From IMG/VR virus record IMGVR_UViG_3300027125_000001: DNA of 22,444 nucleotides; one strand, written 5' to 3'. The position numbers were made by a program, and so were the translations under genes. Below are positions 7,915 through 16,072 of this stretch, piece by piece. The stretch's first letter is position 1. The number at the start of each line of letters is the position of its first letter. The DNA comes from a virus. Lineage: Duplodnaviria > Heunggongvirae > Uroviricota > Caudoviricetes. The notes under the pieces were generated by a model, which was not told the DNA's origin, ran no database searches, and saw nothing but the letters and a program-made list of their open reading frames with translations.

Positions 7915-8372
7915 GATGCAATGCTGGCATTGAGCCTAATATGCTATTAGATCAGCATTTAATCGCAGAGCAATCTGAATTGCTTATTGTGGATGGCATG
8001 TTGAGAAAAAATAAATTCAAAATGAAATCAAAAGTACCCAACGAATTTACGCTTGGGAAAGGACATATTTTATTTTGGACTGATAAGATTTTATACCTGC
8101 ACAAGCGACATGTCGAAATAAAAGATGAAATTATTCGCAGGGGATATAAGGTAACAGACAAGAAGTTTATCCTCGACGACTATCCAGATGAATTGCTCAA
8201 CGATTGGAGACCCCACAATAATGCAGTCGAAATAATCAAAAATCGAATTGCTGAAAAGATTTTGGCAAAAGGAGATAAAATATTTTGGCGCTATCAAGGA
8301 TTATATATTGATTCTAAAGACATCCCGCTATATATTAACAAATTAACAACATCACCACTATATTATGTTTAA
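7911..8372 (+). CDS. denV: Pyrimidine-dimer DNA glycosylase / T4 endonuclease V family protein
   Basis: MRCN...LLDQHLIAEQSEL...FTLGKGHILFWTDKILYLHKRHVEIKDEIIRRGY aligns with recalled T4 DenV (TRIN...LADQHLMAEYREL...[34 protein letters not shown]). Confidence 0.82.
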   Translation: MRCNAGIEPNMLLDQHLIAEQSELLIVDGMLRKNKFKMKSKVPNEFTLGKGHILFWTDKILYLHKRHVEIKDEIIRRGYKVTDKKFILDDYPDELLNDWRPHNNAVEIIKNRIAEKILAKGDKIFWRYQGLYIDSKDIPLYINKLTTSPLYYV

Positions 8373-8964
8373 CAAAGAAATTACACAATACGACGGCTCG
8401 CTGATTCATCAAAGATTTGCTTATAGATATTTTGGCAAGAATGTACATCCGCTTGGCAATATCATGGCATTTCGAGGATCAATGGAAGTAACAGATAATC
8501 TCGTTGACCTTGAAGATGCTCTCAAGAATGATTACATTTACAGTGAGGACGCCATTCAGTTTGTTTGGGAACTTCCAAACGTCTGCAGGTTTGGTGGAGT
8601 AAGTTTCCAACGATTGTTCGCAGCGAAAGTTGCACAGCTTCTATGGGAAGAAGGAGTGCCAGGAGTATCTATCGAAGGAGACGACATTATGGTTAACAAC
8701 GAATTTGTATCAGACCATCATTCATTGGTTCTTCCAAAAGGAAAGGCTAGTGTTTCTATTTGTCATGAAGTAAATGGTGCAAGTCTTGGACACTTAGCAG
8801 TGAATATCAGTGCAGGAGCAAAGGCACCAGCATTCGCTTACTCGACACGAGATGTATTAGGAGATAGTGATAAATTAACGAAATTTACAAATAATGTCAT
8901 TAATGAGTTTTATGTTATGATTGATGACATTTTTGTCGCAACCTCAAAGACGGCAATTCTCTAA
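8365..8964 (+). CDS. DUF366-like protein (biotin/lipoate-protein-ligase, class II aaRS-like fold)
   Basis: YDGSLIH..FAYR.FG...I.AFRGSMEV...VDLED...I.SEDA.QFVWE...FQRL matches the recalled DUF366 pattern; EGDDIMV...GKASVSI...HLAVNI mirrors the ND.....K..G.....G.N motifs of BPL/LplA ligases. Confidence 0.75.
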   Translation: MFNKEITQYDGSLIHQRFAYRYFGKNVHPLGNIMAFRGSMEVTDNLVDLEDALKNDYIYSEDAIQFVWELPNVCRFGGVSFQRLFAAKVAQLLWEEGVPGVSIEGDDIMVNNEFVSDHHSLVLPKGKASVSICHEVNGASLGHLAVNISAGAKAPAFAYSTRDVLGDSDKLTKFTNNVINEFYVMIDDIFVATSKTAIL

Positions 8965-9347
8965 TGCTATTTGATTATCTTAAAAATATCCTTTATTCGA
9001 AACAACCAGAGTTGCTCGAAGAAGAAAATGACTTTGTGCCGTTTCTCATTCAAAGATGGCTATCAATGCATTCGCCAGAAGTTACATACATTCTGAACGA
9101 AACTACCAATAGATATTGGATGGCATTGGCTGATAAGCAAGATTGGTATAATGCGTTTATGACCTCATTGCCGAGAGTAAAATTTCGTAAATTAAACTAC
9201 ATCAAGAAAGCAAAAGCGGAAAATAGCAAAGACGACGATACTGTAAAATTAATTGCCAAAAATATGGAAATTTCTGAAAGAGAAGTTCGGTTGTATTTGG
9301 AAAGAATTGATTTTAAGGTAAAAGATCTTGACATCTACAAAAAGTAA
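8964..9347 (+). CDS. gp62: Sliding-clamp loader small subunit, T4 gp62-like
   Basis: LFDYLKNI...FVPFLIQRWLSM...NE..N.Y...QDWY......LPR.KF...YIKKAK...VKLIAKNMEISEREV.LYL is the typical gp62 family pattern; 127 aa. Confidence 0.7.
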   Translation: MLFDYLKNILYSKQPELLEEENDFVPFLIQRWLSMHSPEVTYILNETTNRYWMALADKQDWYNAFMTSLPRVKFRKLNYIKKAKAENSKDDDTVKLIAKNMEISEREVRLYLERIDFKVKDLDIYKK

Positions 9348-9361
9348 CATAAATCACCCAT

Positions 9362-9703
9362 ATGGAAAATTTAGAAAAATACAGTAGCTCCGCACTTCCT
9401 GAAGACTATGAAATCAGTGAATTGTTTGGTGATACACTAGCAATTGCTTATAAAGATAATAACGGTGAAGGTCTTGTCAAGCGAGGCTCTCTGTGGGTAG
9501 ACCCAGGTGTTACCTATAACATGTGGAGAGTAGGAGAAATTATTCTCAAGGGACCCAAATGCAGCGACAATGTCAAAGTAGGAGATATGGTTCTATTTCC
9601 TAATGATCGAGGGATTCCGGGCATCAAACATAAGGGGGTCGAAGTTCGATATATTAACGAGGATAGACTATTCGGCAAAGTAAGCCTCAAAGAGGAACAA
9701 TAA
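9362..9703 (+). CDS. groES: GroES/Cpn10-like co-chaperonin
   Basis: LFGDTLAI...GLVKRGSLWV...GEIILKGP....VKVGDMVLFP..G....G...RYINEDRLFGKV follows the Cpn10 pattern (PL.D.V...G.V.A.GP....VKVGD.V.F....G.......E.DI...V). Confidence 0.78.
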   Translation: MENLEKYSSSALPEDYEISELFGDTLAIAYKDNNGEGLVKRGSLWVDPGVTYNMWRVGEIILKGPKCSDNVKVGDMVLFPNDRGIPGIKHKGVEVRYINEDRLFGKVSLKEEQ

Positions 9704-9706
9704 AAT

Positions 9707-10099
9707 ATGGCATCACTCACTGAACTAAGCAATCTGCTGGAAACTAATGTACTTGAGGTCAAATTCATTAGGCGCAATCCAAAGCCAGGGGCAGCATCAA
9801 CTAGAAGAGCATTCATAACAACAAGTAATAGTCTACTCAATAGCCCTCGAGGTAAAATTACACTACGATATGAAGGTGGTGGTGGGGGTGGATTAAAATT
9901 CACACCAGCAGCCCGCAATCTAATTCTTGCATGGGATATTCTCTGGCAAGAATATAGATTGTTTGGTGCAGAGGGATCTTCGATCATTACACAAATTCCA
10001 GTAACGACAGAAGACGAAGTTGCAAAATTTTGGGACTATTTTGACTCAAATATGTTGCCGCTAAGCCCTGAAGATAAATTAAGATTCATGAACTCATGA
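9707..10099 (+). CDS. WYL-like SH3-fold protein (DUF2693/WYL_2-like)
   Basis: LETNVLEVKFIRR....TRRAFIT...LL...ILAWDILWQEYRLF resembles V.F.F.K.DG..R.A..T.....Y.D.E...WRSF of DUF2693. Confidence 0.6.
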   Translation: MASLTELSNLLETNVLEVKFIRRNPKPGAASTRRAFITTSNSLLNSPRGKITLRYEGGGGGGLKFTPAARNLILAWDILWQEYRLFGAEGSSIITQIPVTTEDEVAKFWDYFDSNMLPLSPEDKLRFMNS

Positions 10100-10440
10100 T
10101 AATAGACAAAATCGAAAATGCGTTAAAGCAGCACTTCCAAAAAACCATTAAGCTATCAATTAATGGAACCAACGTATTCAAAACAGGCAGATTTGTGCTG
10201 TCAAAGATAAATGCGTTTTCGTTTGACCTCTACATCAAGACATCCAAACCATCTATTGAGATTCTGCCGATACCTATTCCGTTTGATATATTCATTACAG
10301 ATAATGGGATAATTTTTGATTATAGCGTAGACAAGATAGCAGTCAAAAACACGCAACCATATCAAGAGCTAATGTTTTATATTGGCAAGAATAAAACAAG
10401 CAAATACTTAAACGAGAAATTGGTGATTTCATTCGAATAA
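10096..10440 (+). CDS. Hypothetical protein
   Basis: 114-aa ORF with ATGA overlap to the previous gene, ending at a terminator. Confidence 0.75.
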   Translation: MIIDKIENALKQHFQKTIKLSINGTNVFKTGRFVLSKINAFSFDLYIKTSKPSIEILPIPIPFDIFITDNGIIFDYSVDKIAVKNTQPYQELMFYIGKNKTSKYLNEKLVISFE

Positions 10441-10470
10441 AAAAGGAGAGCTTTACGCTCTCCTTTTTTA
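10438..10470. terminator. Bidirectional intrinsic terminator
   Basis: Perfect 14-bp inverted repeat TAAAAAAGGAGAGC / GCTCTCCTTTTTTA with a 5-nt loop (TTTAC), T-tracts on both strands, between convergent genes. Confidence 0.9.
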
Positions 10471-10491
10471 GTTTATCAATATGACTGCCTA

Positions 10492-11229
10492 TTAGAAAAG
10501 ATCCTTACCAGCGGCAACACTGCTTTTCACTTGAAACGGTTGTGGTTTAGCAGCACCAACGGCGCTAAGCTTGCCGCTACTGTCGTATGATTTTGTCGGG
10601 CTTGCTTTGCCTGGGCGTGCCACCTGTTTGCACTTAACTTTGTCTGTACTTGTTTGTGCAAGCTTAGCACCGGCTGCGAGATTAGCAGCTCCCATGCTAT
10701 AATGACCTTCTTCTTCAACGACTTCTTCATCGTCTTCTTCTTCCTCATCTTTGCTCTCACCTAATCCATAATCTTCTCCCCCTTCTTCTTCACCCTCTCC
10801 GCCATCTTCTTCACCACCAATGACTGCAGCCAGCAATGCATGAAGCTTTTTAGCCGTCTCTTTATCAAGGGTAATTGTCACATCTTCTCCTTCAGCACCA
10901 ATAAGATCGGAATCGACTTGATCGTCGTCTGACATCATATCATATTCAGCGTATAGTTCACCATCTTCTTCTGCGAGCATATTTTCATGCTCAGTAAGTG
11001 TTTGCTCGAATAGACGATTGAATCTAGCACCAAATGCAGGCACTCTTGATTCTTTAACGGTACTTTTTGGTTTGACTGGGGTTTTTGCTCCCTCAGGGCC
11101 TGCACCGGATAGCCCTTTTTTAGGCGCATTAAATGCATCGCCAGGAGCTTTAGTAGCTGACGTTTGTTTGAACTTCGCGCCTTTTGCTTTCTTGCGTGCC
11201 TCTAAAAGTTGTTTTAATTTGACATTCAT
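10492..11229 (-). CDS. Low-complexity acidic/basic late protein (candidate scaffold/internal head protein)
   Basis: Lys/Ala/Pro-rich ends and a strongly acidic core (GGEEDGGEGEEEGGEDYGLGESKDEEEEDDEEVVEEE); TATAAGTA lies 13 nt upstream. The function is inferred. Confidence 0.65.
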   Translation of the reverse strand: MNVKLKQLLEARKKAKGAKFKQTSATKAPGDAFNAPKKGLSGAGPEGAKTPVKPKSTVKESRVPAFGARFNRLFEQTLTEHENMLAEEDGELYAEYDMMSDDDQVDSDLIGAEGEDVTITLDKETAKKLHALLAAVIGGEEDGGEGEEEGGEDYGLGESKDEEEEDDEEVVEEEGHYSMGAANLAAGAKLAQTSTDKVKCKQVARPGKASPTKSYDSSGKLSAVGAAKPQPFQVKSSVAAGKDLF

Positions 11230-11242
11230 AGATTATAGATTG

Positions 11243-11304
11243 TACTTATATAGAATAGCCCCATTTTCGCACACAACAATAAAAATTGATAATGCATATA
11301 AGTA
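11243..11304. promoter_or_regulatory. Divergent pair of TATAAGTA late-type promoters
   Basis: ATATAAGTA occurs on the minus strand (11243-11251) and the plus strand (11296-11304), 13 and 11 nt before the two divergent ATGs. Confidence 0.65.
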
Positions 11305-11315
11305 TATAAAATTAT

Positions 11316-13004
11316 ATGCAGTCAAAACGAACGCATTATCTCAATAACGAAAATCTACCATTACCGGCAACAAAGCACAACTATACATCGGAAATGATTG
11401 AGGAAATTGCGAAATGCAAAAAAGATCTCATTTATTTCGCACAATCTTATTTTACTATTATTAACATTGATGATGGAGAAAAAAAGATAGAATTATACCC
11501 CGCACAGAAGCGCGTTTTAAAGTCACTGTGCAAAAACCGTTTCGTAGTGACTCTAGCATCTAGACAGGTTGGTAAAAGTACTTTGATGTGTGTTTATTCA
11601 TTATGGAAAGCATGTTTCATTAAACACCAAAGAATCGTTATTGCTGCAAACAGAGAAGACACCGCAATTGAAATTTTTAGCCGCGTTAAAATGGCGTATG
11701 AGCAATTACCAAATTGGCTCAAGCCTGGTGTAGAGAAATGGGGTGAAACAGGGATGAAGCTAGAAAATGGATCATATCTATCAGTCGAAACCACATCACC
11801 GAATACGGGCCGTGGTAAGGCAACCAACTTAATCATCGTCGATGAGATGGCGTTCATCGCACCTAACATCATGGCGCAATTTTGGAAATCCGTGTCAGCT
11901 ACAATTTCATCTTCTAAAACGGCCCAGATATTTGTAGTTAGTACCGCAAATGGTACTGACAATATGTTTTATGAAATATATAAGAATGCAACGTCGGTGG
12001 CCCCGACAGAGGGTTTGGATCAATGGCACGCAGAGACCATTCACTGGTCGGATGTTCCGGGCAGAGGCAAAAAATGGAAAGAATCAATGCTTGCAAGCCT
12101 AAACGGCGACGAAGAAGCATTTGCTCAAGAATATGACAACAAATTTATCAGCACTGGTAGCGGATCTGTCGATGAGGCATTCATTGATGATATGCGTCAA
12201 AAAGCACGCGAACCTATATTGCAATTAGACGATGGGCATTATAAGATCTTTGATTTGCCTGATAAAACGCATGTATATACAATCGGAGTCGATGTATCTG
12301 ACGGCATAGGAGAAGCCGCGTCAGTTGTGGAAATATACGACATTACAGATCTTGGCAACATTAAGCAAGTCGCCGAATACCATGATAGGCAAATTGAACC
12401 GTTGACATTTACTAGAAAATTATACCAAATAGCTCTACAGTGGGGCTCGCCAATGCTTGCAATCGAAAGAAATAACATGGGCGGCACTGTTGTCGATACC
12501 TTAGTTACATCATATCATTATACAAGATTATTAGACTTCCTGCCGTCTAAACAAAGTGATAGAAACAAAAGAGGAATCTTCAGCCATACTAATGTTCGAC
12601 ATGATAGTGTATTAAATATGCGTTATTGGGTCAATCACTTAAGATGTGTTGATGTCAGAAGCGGTGGCTTGATCGATGAATTTCGTACATTTGTAAAACA
12701 CTCAAACGGCATTTGGAAAAAGAATGGTTCGAGAAATACATGGGATGATCGGGTCATGGCAACAGTGTGGGCTCTTTTTATACTAGAAAACGGCATCGTT
12801 GAAAAATATTATGATGTATACGAAAGAGATCGCAATGGTAAAGTTTCTAAGTTAGTAGATCCGTATGGGTTTTATGAATATGCACCGATCAGTGAATTGA
12901 CATTGGCAGTCGAGCCTATATTCAGAGGCCAGATGCCGGTGTATTTTGATCCAAGCGCAGCAGAATTCAGCCAAGAGGATATTAATTATCTATATGCTTT
13001 CTAG
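11316..13004 (+). CDS. gp17: Terminase large subunit, T4 gp17-like
   Basis: LYPAQ adenine-binding motif, Walker A ASRQVGKST, Walker B LIIVDEMAF, VSTANG, FAQEYDNKF, nuclease IGVDVSDG and DDRVMA; 562 aa. Confidence 0.95.
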   Translation: MQSKRTHYLNNENLPLPATKHNYTSEMIEEIAKCKKDLIYFAQSYFTIINIDDGEKKIELYPAQKRVLKSLCKNRFVVTLASRQVGKSTLMCVYSLWKACFIKHQRIVIAANREDTAIEIFSRVKMAYEQLPNWLKPGVEKWGETGMKLENGSYLSVETTSPNTGRGKATNLIIVDEMAFIAPNIMAQFWKSVSATISSSKTAQIFVVSTANGTDNMFYEIYKNATSVAPTEGLDQWHAETIHWSDVPGRGKKWKESMLASLNGDEEAFAQEYDNKFISTGSGSVDEAFIDDMRQKAREPILQLDDGHYKIFDLPDKTHVYTIGVDVSDGIGEAASVVEIYDITDLGNIKQVAEYHDRQIEPLTFTRKLYQIALQWGSPMLAIERNNMGGTVVDTLVTSYHYTRLLDFLPSKQSDRNKRGIFSHTNVRHDSVLNMRYWVNHLRCVDVRSGGLIDEFRTFVKHSNGIWKKNGSRNTWDDRVMATVWALFILENGIVEKYYDVYERDRNGKVSKLVDPYGFYEYAPISELTLAVEPIFRGQMPVYFDPSAAEFSQEDINYLYAF

Positions 13005-13626
13005 TCCACTCAATAAACAAACAGTCGATAGGTTTTTACTTGTACTCGACACGCCACCAGCATTAAGGCATTTAAAAACCAAAAATGCACGGACGAATCA
13101 ATTGTTAAATTCGAACTCGATGCAATTCACTGTATATGGCTCTGTTATACCGTCAATCACAGTGCCATATCTGACAGAAAGATTAGCAGGGCAATCAATA
13201 TCGGTGTCAACACATAATAAACAAGCACCCGACCCAATTTCGGTAAGATTTAATGTAGATAATAATTTTAACAATTATTGGTTCATATATAAATGGCTTG
13301 ACTTCATTTCTGATGATGTTCATGGCATTTATGATGGTAAAAATATTTCACGAGGAGTTGCAGGGATGCCAGGAATTGGATATCAAACAAATCTGACAGT
13401 TTATGCTCTGGATGAATACCAAAAAGCAAAGACTATAAAATTTACGTATACAAATGCATTCCCAGTCTATCTAAGTGGTATTGATTGGTCATATCAAGAC
13501 AGCAAAGCGATGGCCGGAGAGTTTCGTTTCATGTATTCACAATTCAGAGCAGAGCTTTTATGCGATACAGAATTCGAATCCGTATTAGACCCAACATCGA
13601 ATAATTCAGTACAAATTTGTAGTTAA
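12994..13626 (+). CDS. Tail completion / tube terminator, T4 gp3-like (tube fold)
   Basis: Start MLSSPLNK at 12994; IPSITVP...GQ...PISVRFNVDNNFNNYWFIYKWLD...LTVYALDEY...FTYTNAFPVYLSGIDWSY...FRFMYSQF fits gp3 (L.V.F.VDE...NY..IY.W...FP..L..I.F). Confidence 0.7.
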   Translation: MLSSPLNKQTVDRFLLVLDTPPALRHLKTKNARTNQLLNSNSMQFTVYGSVIPSITVPYLTERLAGQSISVSTHNKQAPDPISVRFNVDNNFNNYWFIYKWLDFISDDVHGIYDGKNISRGVAGMPGIGYQTNLTVYALDEYQKAKTIKFTYTNAFPVYLSGIDWSYQDSKAMAGEFRFMYSQFRAELLCDTEFESVLDPTSNNSVQICS

Positions 13627-13650
13627 ATCAAAAACGGCCATAAGATAAAA

Positions 13651-13658
13651 TGTAAGTA
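13651..13658 (+). promoter_or_regulatory. Late-type motif TGTAAGTA upstream of sheath
   Basis: 10 nt before ATG 13669. Confidence 0.55.
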
Positions 13659-13668
13659 GATTGTAATT

Positions 13669-15999
13669 ATGGCACGTACAATCGAATCACCAGGCGTAGA
13701 AATCAGAGAACGCGATCTAACCCTACGCGTTGAACCAACAGTTGGCACTAATACATGGGTTCTTGGATATGCAAGCCAAGGACCTACAGAAGAACCAATT
13801 ACAGTTACAAGTTTTTCAGAATTTGAATCTGTTTATGGTACTCCGGCAAATGCAGCTGAAAGATATTTTTATCACACATGCCGCGAGTATTTGAATTCCG
13901 GTGGTAATCTTATCGCTACAAGAATTCCATATGGTAGTGGTACTGGCAGCAGCTATGGTGAAAAATTTGGTGCACTGGTGTATCCTGTAATTCCTGCGTC
14001 GTCGACATATAGTGCAGCAGCAGTAGGAACAGCAACAGGAGCAACTTCATCGTTTAGCTTGATTTCTAATACATTGGTGTTTGGTGAACCATATCACGTC
14101 GAACTAACACAAGATGAGTATTATGACTTGATTAACAACAATATTTCATGGGCTGCGAGCGCTACGGCTGCTGCACTATCTGCAACAAATGCAACAAGAT
14201 TTGCGACCGGCACGGGAGTTAATAAACTAAGTTCCGCAGGTATGATTGTGATTGATACCACAAAGTCGATGTCCAATAACATCCAAGAAGGATATTATGT
14301 CGGGATTATAGACAATGCATTAGCAAATCCTACACAAGATTTTACAGACATTCTGAATCTGAAAGCAGTGAACAGTGCGAATACATATGCCACTGTCGAT
14401 TCAAGCAGAGTTGGGTTTGCGCTAAGTGCATCCTACGCCGGTGTAGCCGGTTCTGTTTCAGAAATTCTTGAAACTGTACCGAATTTTGTATATGACACAA
14501 CATCATACAACGATACAATTGTCTTGGGTCTCTTTAAAGTACGCAAATCCATTTATGCTGGGGCGAGTAATAGTACACTCGACAAAGTTCTAGTAGAGAC
14601 ATATATCGGCTCGCTCGATTCGTCACGCAGAGTTGCAGATCCGCTTGGAGGACCACCAAAATCATTCTTCATCGAAGATGTTGTAAATAATTCATCTTCT
14701 AATTTGAAAGTACTTGTAAATCCATATATTTCGAAATCTACTACATGGTCAGACGCTAGCGGTCAGCCAGCTAATAAGGTTCGCTTCTGGAAAACAACTG
14801 GTGTATCAGGCACAGGATTTATCGTTCTGCCAGACGGCAAAACAATTGCGTCCACTAACATCTCAGAATCAAGAAGTCTTTATGAAGCTAGCACATTTGC
14901 GACAACTACAGATGCAAATAAATTAATCGGTAATCTTCCAGATAAATTGGCTCGTATTTTTGCATGTGTATCGAATCCAGATTTGATTCCTATCGACATA
15001 ACTCTCGATGGCGGGCTGAGCACTATCTGGGCTACGACAAGAACAACATCTGCCACATTAGGGTCTGAAATCTTTGACGATACTGTATTTGTACCGAATG
15101 CAGCACTTACCCAATTGGCTTCATTTGACGGTAGCTTCACTGGGGACAATGGTATTGGCGATGCTCACAAAACAATCTTCAATCTGTTCAACAACTTCGC
15201 AGAATCAACACGCAAAGACCACATCCATATTAGTGATCCACTCCGCCAGCTCCTTGTTAATGGTACCAACTACAAAGTATTTGAATCCAAATGCGATCGC
15301 GTAACCAATCCATTCTCTAAAGTAGTATACTGGCCGCTACGCAATCTGTATCAAGCTGCAAATACATCATATTCAGTATCATATGCAAACTGGGTGAGAG
15401 TATACGACAGCGCCGCTGATGGTTATTGCTGGGTTCCATTCTCTGGGTGGGCAGGGCGCGCATTGGCTGAAACTGATAGAGATCGTTTCCCATGGATTGC
15501 ACCGGCTGGATTGACAAGAGGCATTGTACGCAATGTGGTAGATCTTGCAATCAATCCTAACCAAAAAGAACGCGATCTTCTCTATCGCATCGGACAAAAT
15601 CCTGTGTGCTACTTCCCTAACGATGGGTACGTAATCTGGGGCCAGAAGACTCTATTCAGAAAACCAAGTGCATTCGATCGTATTAATGTGCGTCGCTTGT
15701 TCTTAGCTCTTGAGAAGCCAACTGCTAGAGTTCTTAAATACTTCGTGTTCGAGCCTAATACAGTATTCACAAGAACGCAAGTAATCAACGTATTGACACC
15801 GCTGTTTGAGAATGCAAAACGCAATGAAGGTCTGTATGATTATCTGATCGTGTGCGATGAACGGAATAACACCGGTTCTGTAATCGATCGAAATGAGATG
15901 GTTGTAGACATTTATCTCAAGCCAGTCAGAGCGAGTGAGTTCATCCTTGTCAACTTCGTAGCAACAAGAACAAATCAAGACTTCGCTGAATTGATCTAA
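13669..15999 (+). CDS. gp18: Contractile tail sheath protein, T4 gp18-like
   Basis: N-terminal SPGVEIRERDLT, C-terminal PWIAPAGLTRG, NPVCYFP..GYVIWGQKTL, FDRINVRRLFL, FVFEPNT..TR, YLIVCDERNNT..VIDRNEMVVDIYLKP; 776 aa. Confidence 0.96.
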   Translation: MARTIESPGVEIRERDLTLRVEPTVGTNTWVLGYASQGPTEEPITVTSFSEFESVYGTPANAAERYFYHTCREYLNSGGNLIATRIPYGSGTGSSYGEKFGALVYPVIPASSTYSAAAVGTATGATSSFSLISNTLVFGEPYHVELTQDEYYDLINNNISWAASATAAALSATNATRFATGTGVNKLSSAGMIVIDTTKSMSNNIQEGYYVGIIDNALANPTQDFTDILNLKAVNSANTYATVDSSRVGFALSASYAGVAGSVSEILETVPNFVYDTTSYNDTIVLGLFKVRKSIYAGASNSTLDKVLVETYIGSLDSSRRVADPLGGPPKSFFIEDVVNNSSSNLKVLVNPYISKSTTWSDASGQPANKVRFWKTTGVSGTGFIVLPDGKTIASTNISESRSLYEASTFATTTDANKLIGNLPDKLARIFACVSNPDLIPIDITLDGGLSTIWATTRTTSATLGSEIFDDTVFVPNAALTQLASFDGSFTGDNGIGDAHKTIFNLFNNFAESTRKDHIHISDPLRQLLVNGTNYKVFESKCDRVTNPFSKVVYWPLRNLYQAANTSYSVSYANWVRVYDSAADGYCWVPFSGWAGRALAETDRDRFPWIAPAGLTRGIVRNVVDLAINPNQKERDLLYRIGQNPVCYFPNDGYVIWGQKTLFRKPSAFDRINVRRLFLALEKPTARVLKYFVFEPNTVFTRTQVINVLTPLFENAKRNEGLYDYLIVCDERNNTGSVIDRNEMVVDIYLKPVRASEFILVNFVATRTNQDFAELI

Positions 16000-16011
16000 T
16001 CAATACATTCA

Positions 16012-16046
16012 AAAATAAAAGCCAGCTAAAAACTGGCTTTTATTTT
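16012..16046. terminator. Intrinsic terminator after sheath (symmetric)
   Basis: Perfect 14-bp inverted repeat AAAATAAAAGCCAG / CTGGCTTTTATTTT with a 7-nt loop. Confidence 0.85.
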
Positions 16047-16053
16047 ATGTTGA

Positions 16054-16062
16054 TGATATAAT
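16054..16062 (+). promoter_or_regulatory. Extended -10 promoter (TGaTATAAT) for the nuclease gene
   Basis: Perfect TGnTATAAT ending 10 nt before ATG 16073; no clear -35. Confidence 0.55.
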
Positions 16063-16072
16063 TATATTCATA

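Noticed and set aside
9875-9891. G-rich run GGTGGTGGTGGGGGTGG (G-quadruplex or Chi-like)
   Set aside because: Explained by a Gly5 loop in the WYL-like ORF; only GG tracts and not the GCTGGTGG Chi sequence.
10405-10412. Minus-strand TTTAAGTA as a late promoter
   Set aside because: No minus-strand start follows and it lacks the purine before TAA; treated as a chance hit that tempers the motif claim.
1836-12988. TAATTA variants before ATGs 1830, 2755 and 12994 as late promoters
   Set aside because: Palindromic, all-AT hexamer too likely by chance in this composition to call without statistics.
11316-13004. Intein or intron in terminase
   Set aside because: A continuous 562-aa ATPase+nuclease with no extra domain or splicing motifs.
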